NCBI GenBank assembly: GCA_963749655.1
Contig: CAVVOB010000013.1
Coordinates: 32,001-96,000 of the forward strand
From: Nitrospirota bacterium
GTDB lineage: Bacteria > Nitrospirota > UBA9217
Length of the DNA stretch: 64,000 nucleotides
Direction of reading: 5' to 3'
Position numbers and translations under genes: made by a program. Shown one piece after another: positions 52,293-62,253 of this stretch (within the stretch, counting starts at the first letter, position 1; every line of letters starts with the position of its first letter). The notes under the pieces are model-generated. The model was not told the origin of the DNA. It saw nothing but the letters and a program-made list of their open reading frames with translations, and did not search any database.

Positions 52293-53689
52293 TGTCGGCT
52301 GTCCCCAGGCTGATCATTTCAGCCGCGCGGGGAGGGCTAGGTAAAACAACCTTCTCGCTCGGTATTATTGCCGCCTGGCGTAAAAACGGCAGGCAGGTTG
52401 CGGTTTTTAAGAAAGGTCCGGATTTCATCGACGCTGGATGGCTCGGAGTTGCAGCAGGGAAACCTTGCTACAACCTCGATCTTTTCATGATGGAACCTGG
52501 CAGCATTCAAAGGTCCTTCGCTGAACATACGTCCGGCACTGATATTGCGGTCATCGAGGGCAACCGGGGTCTTTATGACGGTGTGGATGAATCGGGGAGC
52601 TACAGTACGGCCCGGTTGTCTACATTACTCAAGGCACCGGTCGTCGTGATCGTTGATGGGACGAAAGCCTCGGCCACGGTCGCGGCAGTGGTCCTCGGGT
52701 TGCAGAAGTACGACCCGGATGTCGTCATTGGCGGCGTCATCCTGAATAATGTCTCCTCGGCCCGGCACGAACAGGTAATCACGAAAGCGATCGCCCGGAG
52801 CAGCGGAATCCCCGTCGTGGGTGTCGTGCCGCGGCAGCGGCACGGCGAGTTTCCGGAACGGCACATGGGATTGACGCCGTTCCACGAACACCCTGAGGTT
52901 GAGCACGCAATACAGGCCGCGGCAGGTGTTGCTGAAAAATACCTCGATCTCGCCGCGCTCTGGAATCTTTCCGTTTCCGCTCCGGAGATCGGGATTCCAT
53001 GCGCTGCGAAACCGGAGTCCCGCGGCTGTCCGGGAGAGGGAATCGTTGTCGGAGTTGTGAGAGACCGGGCTTTTCAGTTCTACTATCCCGATAACCTTGA
53101 AGAACTGGAACGGCACGGCGCAGTCCTGAAAGAGGTTAATGCGCTGCAGGACAAGGAGCTTCCCCGCGATATTGCCGCATTGTATATCGGCGGAGGGTTT
53201 CCCGAAACGCAGGCGGCGGAGCTTGCCGCGAATACCGGGTTCTGCGCATCGCTGAGAAGCGCCGCGGAGAGCGGTCTCCCGATATACGCGGAATGCGGCG
53301 GACTGATCTACCTCGGACGCAGCCTTGTTGTTGACGGGGTTCGTTATTCAATGGCTTCTGTGCTGCCGCTCGATTTTGTTCTGGAAAAACGGCCGCAAGC
53401 GCATGGATATACTGTATTGGAGACCGGCAGCAACAGCCGGTTCCTTGGCACAGGGGTAACGGTTCGCGGGCACGAGTTCCATTATTCGCGGGTGATCAAT
53501 CTTGACGCCCTGCCGCCGATGGCGTATTATGTGTCCCGTGGCGGCGGCATAGACGGCAAGTCCGATGGAATTGTGTATAAGAATGTACTTGCGTCGTATA
53601 CCCATCTTCACGCACTGGCAACGCCCGAATGGGCTCCGGCAGTAATCAGCCGGGCCCGGGAGTTTCGGTTGCAGGGGAAACAGGCATAG
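52292..53689 (+). CDS. dsrN: Siroheme amidase DsrN (CbiA/CobB family)
   Basis: GKTT, KKGPDFID, EGNRGLYDG, ERHMGL, AECGG, GHEFHYS; dsr context. Confidence 0.9.
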   Translation: MSAVPRLIISAARGGLGKTTFSLGIIAAWRKNGRQVAVFKKGPDFIDAGWLGVAAGKPCYNLDLFMMEPGSIQRSFAEHTSGTDIAVIEGNRGLYDGVDESGSYSTARLSTLLKAPVVVIVDGTKASATVAAVVLGLQKYDPDVVIGGVILNNVSSARHEQVITKAIARSSGIPVVGVVPRQRHGEFPERHMGLTPFHEHPEVEHAIQAAAGVAEKYLDLAALWNLSVSAPEIGIPCAAKPESRGCPGEGIVVGVVRDRAFQFYYPDNLEELERHGAVLKEVNALQDKELPRDIAALYIGGGFPETQAAELAANTGFCASLRSAAESGLPIYAECGGLIYLGRSLVVDGVRYSMASVLPLDFVLEKRPQAHGYTVLETGSNSRFLGTGVTVRGHEFHYSRVINLDALPPMAYYVSRGGGIDGKSDGIVYKNVLASYTHLHALATPEWAPAVISRAREFRLQGKQA

Positions 53690-53701
53690 AAAGCAGGTTG
53701 T

Positions 53702-54064
53702 TTGGTGAGGTCGGGAGTAAGAGAAAGTATTGAACCTGTCTGTCCCTTCTGCAGGACAAGCCTCGACAGGCCCAGGACTGTTACGATCAGTGCGCTGGAA
53801 AGCTACGAGGGTGGAACGTGCCGTTCCTGCGGAGCCCTGTTCATCGCAGACCGTACCGGCAAAAATGTCGGCGAAGCCATGATGCAAGCTCTCGGCATTA
53901 TAGCTGATAAGGCTGCAAAAGATATGACAGAGATGGTCGCCGGAGTGGATTACGAGGATGTGATACTGAGTTACGACTGGCGGCTTCACCGTTCGAAGGG
54001 TGAAAGCAAAGGGCATATGGATGGCTCCGGTCGTCTTTACGTTATCAGGATAAAACCAAAGTAA
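53702..54064 (+). CDS. Hypothetical Zn-ribbon protein
   Basis: CPFC ... CRSCG; DRTGKNVGEA. Confidence 0.7.
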   Translation: MVRSGVRESIEPVCPFCRTSLDRPRTVTISALESYEGGTCRSCGALFIADRTGKNVGEAMMQALGIIADKAAKDMTEMVAGVDYEDVILSYDWRLHRSKGESKGHMDGSGRLYVIRIKPK

Positions 54065-54188
54065 CCGGAGAACGGGGTACCGGTCAAAAAACGCAGACGA
54101 GGTTTGTTGCAAATAAGAGCGCACTAAGTGACAACGGATGAGGGAGCCTGAGAGGCACCCGACTAATTCATGAAAGGGGACAAAACGA

Positions 54189-54524
54189 ATGGGAACGATT
54201 TCAGTAAAAGGCAAGACTATTGAAGTAGATGAGGACGGATTTTTGGCGAACCTTGATGATTGGAACCTTGATGTTGCCAATTATTTCGCAGAGGTCGAGG
54301 GCATCCAGATGAGCGATCAGCACTGGGAAGTCGTCAATTTCCTCCGCGACTATTACAAGCAGTATCAGATCGCGCCGATGATCAAGATCCTCGTAAAAGA
54401 AATCGGCAAGAAGCTTGGACCTGAGAAGGGCAACACCAAGTACCTCTACGAGCTGTATCCGGGCGGACCGGCAAAGCAGGCGTGCAAAATCGCCGGCCTT
54501 CCGAAACCGACGGGCTGCGTATAG
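54189..54524 (+). CDS. dsrC: DsrC sulfur carrier
   Basis: DEDGFL, C-terminal GPAKQACKIAGLPKPTGCV with both conserved Cys. Confidence 0.95.
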   Translation: MGTISVKGKTIEVDEDGFLANLDDWNLDVANYFAEVEGIQMSDQHWEVVNFLRDYYKQYQIAPMIKILVKEIGKKLGPEKGNTKYLYELYPGGPAKQACKIAGLPKPTGCV

Positions 54525-54702
54525 GAACCATCCGCATCTGAATCCCGCCTCGGTTTGAAACGAGCGCGGGATGTTTCAATGCTCATGAGCGATGCGCCAG
54601 GTCCGGTCCGCGCTCGTGCCGGCATATCGGCATCGCATCCAACGGAAGAGGCATGCCGTATCGGATCGGAGTGTATCACAGCCGGAGGAGAATGGAATCA
54701 CC

Positions 54703-54888
54703 ATGTACATGGTAACAGTCGACAAGAACAAGTGCGACGGAGACGGGAACTGCGTGAACGTCTGCCCGCAGTCCGTATTCAAGCTGGACGGCGGCAAGGC
54801 CGATCCGGTGAACATGTCCGAGTGCATCAACTGCCTGACCTGCGTTGAGAATTGTCCGCAGCAGGCGATTACGGTTACCGAGATCTAA
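54703..54888 (+). CDS. Dicluster ferredoxin, copy 1
   Basis: CDGDGNCVNVCP and CINCLTCVENCP; GGAGGAG RBS. Confidence 0.92.
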   Translation: MYMVTVDKNKCDGDGNCVNVCPQSVFKLDGGKADPVNMSECINCLTCVENCPQQAITVTEI

Positions 54889-54910
54889 TGCGGCAACCAT
54901 GCAGCCATGC

Positions 54911-54947
54911 AAAAGGGGATAGTTTTTAAATTATCCCCTGTTTTTTT
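54911..54947 (+). terminator. Rho-independent terminator
   Basis: aggggatag-tttttaaa-ttatcccct followed by a T-run. Confidence 0.65.
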
Positions 54948-54977
54948 ATCATGAATCTGCTCTGGGGAGGTGAATAT

Positions 54978-55277
54978 ATGAAGCTGGCGGTATTTTTAAG
55001 CGACTGGAGAAGGACCGAAGAAACACTTGAGCGATTGAAGGCAGAAAAAATGGCCGTGATCCTTGTTGAAAACGGCATCTACCATGCGGTGATGAAGGAA
55101 AACGGGAAGGACTCACCGGTGCTCTCGAAAGCCGGCGTGACCTTCTATGCCCTGACGGACGATCTCGAGACCCGCGGGTATACCACGGCGAACCTCAGTT
55201 CCAAGGTGAAACCGATTAGCTACGCGGACATCGTCGATCTTATCATGAACGATTACGAGAAGACGGCGTGGTTGTAG
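54978..55277 (+). CDS. DsrH/TusB-like protein
   Basis: LVENGIYHA, FYALTDDLETRG, ISYADIVDL; no Cys. Confidence 0.8.
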   Translation: MKLAVFLSDWRRTEETLERLKAEKMAVILVENGIYHAVMKENGKDSPVLSKAGVTFYALTDDLETRGYTTANLSSKVKPISYADIVDLIMNDYEKTAWL

Positions 55278-55384
55278 AGCCAAGGTCGAAACGCGAATCC
55301 TCAATCCCAAACGGGAAGGGAAGAAGACGTCCTTGAGGATTTCGCTCTCGTCGAATTTTTGAATTTGTAACTTAGGAGGATATC

Positions 55385-55744
55385 ATGGGAGAATTGACAA
55401 TAGGCACATTCCCTTCTCTGGTCGGCTCGATGTCGCTTGATTTTTCGTTCAAGCTTGCCGAGGCCGCGATCGCCAAAGGTCACAAGGTAAACATGTGGCT
55501 TTCCGGCAATGCCGTGATGATGGCCAAGAAGGGGCAGAAGGCTTTCAAGGACTATTCACATAACGAGAAAAAAATGAAGGAGCTTATGGCCAAGGGGATG
55601 GAGATCACCGTGTGCGAGGCCTGTGCAGAGGCGCGCGGGTATCACAAGGAAGACGTTCCTGAAGGCATGAAGCGCGCCAGCATGGACTGGTATCTTGCAA
55701 AGACGGTCAAGACGGACCGGCTGCTGCACATAGGGGGTGAGTAA
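55385..55744 (+). CDS. DsrE/TusD-like sulfurtransferase
   Basis: AEAAIAKGHKV, GNAV, VCEACAEARG. Confidence 0.82.
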   Translation: MGELTIGTFPSLVGSMSLDFSFKLAEAAIAKGHKVNMWLSGNAVMMAKKGQKAFKDYSHNEKKMKELMAKGMEITVCEACAEARGYHKEDVPEGMKRASMDWYLAKTVKTDRLLHIGGE

Positions 55745-56160
55745 TGGGCGCAGTTAAATTATTGTTTATGGTTCAGAGACCGCCGTACAAGAGCGAGAAC
55801 CCCCGGCTTGCGCTGACTCACGCACTGGCAAGCCAGACCGCCGAAATTTACATGGATGATGGTGATTCAGTTGTCCCGACCGTAGCGTTCGTCGGAGACG
55901 GCGTGTTGAACGCTTTGAAAGGCCAGCAGGCGATGAAGACCTACGGCGTGACCAGCACTGAAAGCCACATCAAAGGATGTCTTATGACTGATGTCCCTAT
56001 CTGGGTATGCAAGGAGGACATGGAGCGCCTTGGCATCAAAGAGGACCAGATAGTCTCAGATGCCGAGGATATGGGTGGCGCGGAAATCTCAACGAAATTT
56101 GTTTCCTTCGCCGATATTCAGAAAGAAATGGAAACAGTGAAGCATCTGCTGTTCTTCTAA
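55744..56160 (+). CDS. DsrF/TusC-like protein
   Basis: RPPY, FVGDGV, WVCKEDMERLG; coupled to dsrE-like gene. Confidence 0.78.
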   Translation: MGAVKLLFMVQRPPYKSENPRLALTHALASQTAEIYMDDGDSVVPTVAFVGDGVLNALKGQQAMKTYGVTSTESHIKGCLMTDVPIWVCKEDMERLGIKEDQIVSDAEDMGGAEISTKFVSFADIQKEMETVKHLLFF

Positions 56161-56224
56161 TTACGACATCCCGATTCCCTGCAGCGCATGCTGCAGGGAG
56201 CACCATGCGGGATGCACAGGGGAT

Positions 56225-56740
56225 ATGAACCTTAAAGAGCACCTCATAGAAAAAAAGCAGGCTATCCTGAAGAAATGGTTCGACGCGATTGCGGACACCT
56301 ATGCTCAGGATACGGCCGGCTTTTTGAAGAAACAGAAGGCGCAATTCACCAACCCGGTCGGCTACACCCTGGCTGAAGGAACGGAGAAGCTCTTCGACGC
56401 CCTGATCCAGGGGATGATCGCCGACACGGTTGCCGCATTTCTCGACAGCATAATCCGCATCCGGGCGATCCAGGAATTCTCTCCCTCCGAAGCACTTTCC
56501 TTCATTTTTCATCTCAAAAAGATCATCAGACAGGAGCTCGGCAGCGAGGTCCTGCAGCAGCAAGGGATAGCTGAGGAACTGACTGCCTTTGATTCCGCCG
56601 TGGACGACCTGGCGCTCTTTTCGTTCGACATATACATGAAATGCCGCGAAAAGATCTACGACATCAAGGCAAATGAAGCGAGAAGCATGACCTTCAGGCT
56701 CTTGCAGCAAGCGCGTCTTATCGTCGACAACCAGGATTAG
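56225..56740 (+). CDS. dsrT: DsrT (RsbRD-N domain)
   Basis: QFTNPVG, IIRIRAIQEFSPSEAL, FDIYMKCREKIY; precedes dsrM. Confidence 0.9.
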   Translation: MNLKEHLIEKKQAILKKWFDAIADTYAQDTAGFLKKQKAQFTNPVGYTLAEGTEKLFDALIQGMIADTVAAFLDSIIRIRAIQEFSPSEALSFIFHLKKIIRQELGSEVLQQQGIAEELTAFDSAVDDLALFSFDIYMKCREKIYDIKANEARSMTFRLLQQARLIVDNQD

Positions 56741-56783
56741 ATCCGCTGTCGCTGCTAACCTTAAAATGAAAAGAGGTAACGAA

Positions 56784-57776
56784 ATGAAAGCATTAATGTC
56801 TTTCGTCTTTGTACTGCTTTTGGTACTGGTTGCCTATGCGGGAGTCGCCGTGCTGAATGCGCAGTATGTCTTCGGCGTGGTAATCCCTTATCTGGCGGTA
56901 GCCACGTTCGTCGTCTTCATGATTGTCCGCGTCCTGAAATGGGGGAGCTCGCCTGTTCCTTTCCGCATTCCAACGACCTGCGGCCAGCAGGAATCGCTTC
57001 CCTGGATCAAGCAAAGCAAGCTGGAGAACCCCTCAACAGTTCTCGGCGTGCTCGGCAGGATGGCGCTGGAAGTGTTCTTCTTCCGCTCTCTCTTCAGAAA
57101 CCTGAAGACGCAATTGGGGGAAGACAAAAAACTCTCGTATGGTGAAGCAAAATGGCTTTGGGCGGCGGGTCTGGCGTTCCACTGGTCCTTCCTCATCATC
57201 CTGATCAGGCACCTGCGGTTCTTCACCGGGCAACTGCCCTTTCCCGTGCAGATTGTCGAGAGCCTGGACAGCTTCCTCCAGATCGGCGCGCCGCTTCTGT
57301 ACATGACCGACCTGGTGCTGCTCGGGGCCGTGTTCTATCTGTTTCTCAGGAGGATCGGCATTCCCCAGCTCAGCTACATCTCCCTCATCAATGATTATTT
57401 TCCGCTCTTCCTGATCTTCGGCATCGGCCTTTCGGGCGTGCTCATGAGATATTTTTATAAGACGGATATCGTAAGCGTCAAGATGCTGACCATGAGCCTG
57501 GTCAGTTTCAGTCCCGCGGTCCCCAAGGGGATCGGCGTTATTTTCTACATCCATTTGTTTCTCATCTGCACGCTGTTCGCCTATTTCCCCTTCAGCAAAC
57601 TGGTGCATATGGGAGGTGTGTTCCTGAGCCCGACACGGGTGCTGGCGAACACCAGCCGCAAGAAACGGCACATCAATCCCTGGAACTATCCGGTCCATGT
57701 GCACACCTACGAGGAATATGAAAATGATTTCCGGGATAAAATGAAAGGCGCCGGCCTGCCGGTAGAAAAGGAGTAA
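56784..57776 (+). CDS. dsrM: DsrM (cytochrome b)
   Basis: PFRIPTTCGQQ, FHWSF, RHLR, YFPFSKLVH. Confidence 0.95.
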   Translation: MKALMSFVFVLLLVLVAYAGVAVLNAQYVFGVVIPYLAVATFVVFMIVRVLKWGSSPVPFRIPTTCGQQESLPWIKQSKLENPSTVLGVLGRMALEVFFFRSLFRNLKTQLGEDKKLSYGEAKWLWAAGLAFHWSFLIILIRHLRFFTGQLPFPVQIVESLDSFLQIGAPLLYMTDLVLLGAVFYLFLRRIGIPQLSYISLINDYFPLFLIFGIGLSGVLMRYFYKTDIVSVKMLTMSLVSFSPAVPKGIGVIFYIHLFLICTLFAYFPFSKLVHMGGVFLSPTRVLANTSRKKRHINPWNYPVHVHTYEEYENDFRDKMKGAGLPVEKE

Positions 57777-57778
57777 TC

Positions 57779-59399
57779 ATGGCAAAACTTCCGAAGCCAG
57801 AAGAACTGTCAAAGATAGATTACACTCCGCCGAAAACGGGGTGGATGGACACGCCCACGGTGATCAAAGAGGGCATGTTCTGCCATGGAGCGAAGCCGAA
57901 AAGCCTGGACATCGTCAGTTTCCCGAACCCGCGGGACTGGAGACCTGCCGACGCGGACTGGAAACTGCCCGAGAACTGGAAGCAGATCCTCCTCGAAGGG
58001 ATCGCGGAGCGCCTGGAAAAGTACCGGTCGTTCCGGCTCTTCATGGACATCTGCGTACGCTGCGGCGCCTGCGCGGATAAGTGCCACTTCTTTATCGGCA
58101 CCGGCGATCCCAAGAATATGCCGGTGCTCCGGGCCGAACTGATCCGGTCGGTCTATAGAAAAGAGTTCACCCTGGCCGGCAAGATCTTCGGCAAGATGGC
58201 AGGCGCCCGTGAATTGACCCTCGATGTATTGAAAGAATGGTGGTATTACTTCTTCCAGTGCACTGAGTGCCGCCGCTGCTCGGTTTTCTGCCCCTACGGA
58301 ATCGACCAGGCCGAGATCACGATCATCGGTCGTGAACTTCTCAATCTGCTCGGCTTGAACATCGAGTGGATCGCAGGACCGGTTTCGAACTGCTACATGA
58401 AGGGCAACCATCTGGGCCTTGAACCCCATACGATCGTCGGCAACCTCGAGTACATGCTCGACGATATCGAAACGATCACAGGCAAGAGAGATCAAGCCTA
58501 CATTCAACCGGAAGGGCGCCGAGATCCTGTTTGTGACGCCTTCGGGCGATCTCTTCGCCGACCCGGGCACGTACACTGCCATGGGCTACATGATGCTTTT
58601 CGAGGAACTGGGACTCGACTATACCTGGAGCACCTACGCCTCGGAAGGCGGCAACTTCGGATTCTTCACCTCGAACGAGATGGGCAAGCGGCTCAATTCC
58701 AAGATCTATGCCGAGGCCAAACGACTCGGTGTGAAGTGGATCCTCGGCGGAGAGTGCGGCCACATGTGGCGCGTCCTCTCCCAGTACATGGACACCTGGA
58801 ACGGTCCGGCGGACTTCCTCGAAGTCCCGAAATCGCCGGTCACCGGCACGGTCTTCGAACATGCAAAATCCATGAAGATGATCCATGTCGCGGAATTCAC
58901 CGCAGACCTGATCAAGAACAACAAACTGAAGCTTGACCCGAAGCGGAACGATCATCTGCACCTTACGTGGCATGATTCCTGTAATACGGCGCGCGGTATG
59001 GGCCTGCTCGAGGAGCCGCGCTATGTGCTCAAGAGCGTGTGCAACAATTTCACCGAAATGCCGGAAGACACGATCCGTGAGAAGACCTTCTGCTGCGGCA
59101 GCGGCACGGGCTTGAACGCCTCGGAAGACATGGACCTCCGTATGAAGGGCGGGTTCCCCCGTGCGAATGCGGTCAAATATGTTGCGGACCACTATGGGGT
59201 GAATATGCTGGGCAACGTTTGCGCCATCGACCGGGCAACGCTCAAGGCCCTCATGGAATACTGGGTCCCCAGCGTGGGTGTCTGCGGGCTCCATGAACTC
59301 GTTGCGAATGCCCTCGTCATGACCGGTGAAAAGCCGAGAACGACGGACCTTCGCGGCGAACCCCTTCCCAACGTTGAAGTGAAGGAGGAAAAAGCCTAA
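57779..59399 (+). CDS. dsrK: DsrK (frameshift near 58484-58490)
   Basis: CVRCGACADKC and CTECRRC in ORF 57779; GGECGH, HDSCN, CCGSG, CAID in ORF 58419. Confidence 0.93.
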
Positions 59400-59830
59400 T
59401 GAAACTCTATGACGGCGGTAAAATATTCATCGGGCTGCTGGTGTTTGTCGCCTTTGCGACCTTCCCGTTCTACTACAATGTCGGGAAGGCAAGCGTCAAA
59501 CCCGATCCGAAAACCGATACCCCGCAGATCCAGGAATGGGAAAAACTGAACGGGAAGAAGAAGGAATGCGTGGAGTCCAAAGAGTTCATGCGGACGGAGC
59601 ACATGCAGCTTCTGAACAACTGGCGGGATTCCGTTGTCCGTGAAATGTACCGGGATTACGTGAGCACGTCGAACGGCGATCATTTCCCCATGAGCCTGCA
59701 GAACGGCTGTCTGAACTGCCACTCGAACAAGAAAAAGTTCTGCGATGAATGCCACAACTACATGGCGGTCAAGCCGTATTGCTTCGACTGCCATATTCAA
59801 CCGATGGAAAAGGAGGAGAATAAATCATGA
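59399..59830 (+). CDS. dsrJ: DsrJ triheme cytochrome c
   Basis: N-terminal TM; CLNCH, CDECH, CFDCH; MRTEHM. Confidence 0.93.
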   Translation: MKLYDGGKIFIGLLVFVAFATFPFYYNVGKASVKPDPKTDTPQIQEWEKLNGKKKECVESKEFMRTEHMQLLNNWRDSVVREMYRDYVSTSNGDHFPMSLQNGCLNCHSNKKKFCDECHNYMAVKPYCFDCHIQPMEKEENKS

Positions 59831-60654
59831 GCATGGACAGGAGACAATTTCTGAAAATTGCCGGCATCTCCTCCATCCTGGGATTTGGCGCGTCGTCCGC
59901 TGCGTCCGCACAGAACGTCTTTGGAAAGCTCACCCCGCCGCAGGTTGAGCCGGGCAAGGACGGACTGACAGCGAAGCGGTGGGCAATGGTGGTCGACATG
60001 AGCAAGTTCAAGACCGAAGAGGACATCAAAAAGGTCACGAGCGCATGTCACCAGACGCACAATGTTCCGGATTTCCGGAATCCCGACGGGACGGTAGACA
60101 AGAAGTTCGAGATCAAATGGATCTGGGAAACATCGTATGAACGCGCATTTCCCAATCAGGACAATCCGTACATGAACGAGCATATCAAGGACATGCCCTT
60201 CATGGTGCTCTGCAATCACTGCGACAACCCGCCCTGCGTCAGGGTCTGCCCCACGAAAGCAACGTTCAAGCTGACCAACGGGATCACGATGCAGGACATG
60301 CACCGCTGCATCGGCTGCCGCTTCTGCATGGCCGCCTGCCCCTATGGTTCACGGAGCTTCAACTGGGTTGATCCGCGGAAGGCGATCAAGCCGGAACTGG
60401 AGAACAAGGCCTATCCCACGAGAACCAAGGGCGTGGTGGAAAAGTGCACCTTCTGTTCGGAGCGGCTTCAGGCGGGTAAAAAGCCGGCCTGCGTAGAGGC
60501 TGCACCCGAGGGCGCAATGTTCTTCGGGGATATCGAGGATCCCAATTCGGACGTCAGGAAGATCGTTACGTCTCAGCTTACTATCAGACGGAAACCGGAA
60601 TTGGGAACCGGCCCGGCGGTCTATTATCTCATAGGAGGTAGCGAACATGCTTGA
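59827..60654 (+). CDS. dsrO: DsrO periplasmic Fe-S protein
   Basis: Tat signal DRRQFLK; CNHCDNPPCVRVCP, CIGCRFCMAACP, EKCTFC. Confidence 0.94.
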   Translation: MSMDRRQFLKIAGISSILGFGASSAASAQNVFGKLTPPQVEPGKDGLTAKRWAMVVDMSKFKTEEDIKKVTSACHQTHNVPDFRNPDGTVDKKFEIKWIWETSYERAFPNQDNPYMNEHIKDMPFMVLCNHCDNPPCVRVCPTKATFKLTNGITMQDMHRCIGCRFCMAACPYGSRSFNWVDPRKAIKPELENKAYPTRTKGVVEKCTFCSERLQAGKKPACVEAAPEGAMFFGDIEDPNSDVRKIVTSQLTIRRKPELGTGPAVYYLIGGSEHA

Positions 60655-61819
60655 GAAAGCATTTGAAGGGGGGAAGAAGTACTGGACATGGCTGTTCTTT
60701 CTCGGGGCCGTGGCTGCTGTCGGGTTTTACTTCTACCTCCAGCAATTCGCCTACGGGTTGGGTATCACCGGCCTGCACCGAGATGTCTCGTGGGGTTTGT
60801 ATATCGGCCAGTTTACATTCCTGGTCGGTGTGGCCGCATCGGCGGTTATGCTGGTCATCCCGTACTATCTCCACGATTTCAAGAAGTTCGGCAAGATCGT
60901 GATCCTCGGAGAGTTTCTCGCGATCTCTGCAGTGACCATGTGCATTCTGTTCATCATGGCCGACATGGGGCAGCCGATGAGGGTCATGAACGTGGTCCTT
61001 CATCCCACGCCGAATTCGGTCATGTTCTGGGATTTCGTCGTGTTGTCCGGTTACCTGGCGATCAATGCACTGGTCGGCTGGGTGACGCTGGGATCGGATA
61101 AGAAGGGCACGCCGCCTCCGAAGTGGATCAAGCCGTTTATCTATCTTTCCATCCCCTGGGCTGTCAGCATCCACACAGTCACGGCGTTCCTGTATTCGGG
61201 TCTCCCCGGCAGGCACTTCTGGCTCAGCGCGGTCATGGCCGCCCGGTTCCTGGCATCGGCTTTTGCCGGCGGTCCTGCCCTCCTGATCATCCTTGCATTG
61301 ATCGTCCGGAAGGTGTCGAAGTTCGATCCGGGCAAGGAGCCCATACAGGCCGTGGGAAGGATCGTGGCATATGCAATGTTCGCCAATGTCTTCCTTCTCG
61401 GGCTGGAGTTCTTTACGGCGTTCTACAGCGGCATTCCGGGACATTCTCACCCCTTTATGTATCTCTACAAGGGGCTTGAAGGCCATACCGAGCTTGTTCC
61501 GATCATGTGGCTGTCCACGATCTTTGCCGCCATATCCTTGGTCATGCTCTGGATCCCGGGAGTGCGCAGGAATGAAGCGTCCCTGGCGCTGGCGTGCATC
61601 ATGCTCTTTGTTTCTCTCTGGATCGATAAAGGATTCGGCCTGATCATCGGCGGTTTCGTACCGAATCCGTTTGAGGAGATTCACCCTTACTGGCCGACGA
61701 TGCCCGAGGCCCTGATTACCGTCGGGATCTGGGCGATCGGATTCCTGATCCTCTCCATGCTGTATAAAATCGCGATTTCAGTCCGCGAAAGCACGGCCGG
61801 AGTAGAGATCGAGCATTAA
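60647..61819 (+). CDS. dsrP: DsrP (NrfD family)
   Basis: DVSWGLYI, GVAASAV, SIHTVTAFL, ARFLASAF, WIDKG. Confidence 0.94.
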   Translation: MLEKAFEGGKKYWTWLFFLGAVAAVGFYFYLQQFAYGLGITGLHRDVSWGLYIGQFTFLVGVAASAVMLVIPYYLHDFKKFGKIVILGEFLAISAVTMCILFIMADMGQPMRVMNVVLHPTPNSVMFWDFVVLSGYLAINALVGWVTLGSDKKGTPPPKWIKPFIYLSIPWAVSIHTVTAFLYSGLPGRHFWLSAVMAARFLASAFAGGPALLIILALIVRKVSKFDPGKEPIQAVGRIVAYAMFANVFLLGLEFFTAFYSGIPGHSHPFMYLYKGLEGHTELVPIMWLSTIFAAISLVMLWIPGVRRNEASLALACIMLFVSLWIDKGFGLIIGGFVPNPFEEIHPYWPTMPEALITVGIWAIGFLILSMLYKIAISVRESTAGVEIEH

Positions 61820-61846
61820 TAGAATCAACGAGTTGTAACCTACGAC

Positions 61847-61890
61847 AAAGCCGGGGCTCACCAGCATGGTGAACCCCGGCTTTCATTTCT
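61847..61890 (+). terminator. Terminator after dsrP
   Basis: aaagccgggg.tcacca-gca-tggtga.ccccggcttt followed by T-rich sequence. Confidence 0.75.
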
Positions 61891-61969
61891 TTCTTGATTT
61901 TATCTGCTTCGACAGGTAATATACACCCGTTTTGGAATATTACTTTATGAGAAGGAGGATTCAGGCGCC

Positions 61970-62155
61970 ATGATGATGGTAACAATCGACAAAGCCAAAT
62001 GCGACGGCGACGGGACGTGCGTGAATATGTGCCCGCAGGCGGTGTTCAAGGTTGAAGGCGGCAAGTCCGAACCGGTGAACATGTCCGAGTGCATTAACTG
62101 CCTGACCTGCGTGGAAAACTGCCCGCAGCAGGCAATTACGGTCAACGAACTTTAA
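61970..62155 (+). CDS. Dicluster ferredoxin, copy 2
   Basis: CDGDGTCVNMCP and CINCLTCVENCP; 49/61 aa identical to copy 1. Confidence 0.92.
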   Translation: MMMVTIDKAKCDGDGTCVNMCPQAVFKVEGGKSEPVNMSECINCLTCVENCPQQAITVNEL

Positions 62156-62174
62156 GCGCAGCTACAGCTCATAC

Positions 62175-62213
62175 AAAAGGGGACTGGTGAACAACCAGTC
62201 CCCTTTCTTTTTT
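62175..62213. terminator. Bidirectional terminator
   Basis: aaaaggggactggt-gaaca-accagtcccctttc-T6. Confidence 0.85.
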
Positions 62214-62253
62214 CGGAAAGAAGTCCTGTTCCGGGGCAGGAAAAAAGGTGCTC

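Noticed and set aside
54189-54524. TusE rather than DsrC
   Set aside because: Both C-terminal Cys are present and the gene lies within the dsr cluster.
58481-58490. Programmed frameshift in dsrK
   Set aside because: No slippery heptamer is evident, and similar indels occur in unrelated genes. An assembly error is more likely.
61916-61943. GTAATAT-N14-ATATTAC palindrome before ferredoxin 2
   Set aside because: A single AT-rich occurrence with no second copy seen; too weak to call a binding site.
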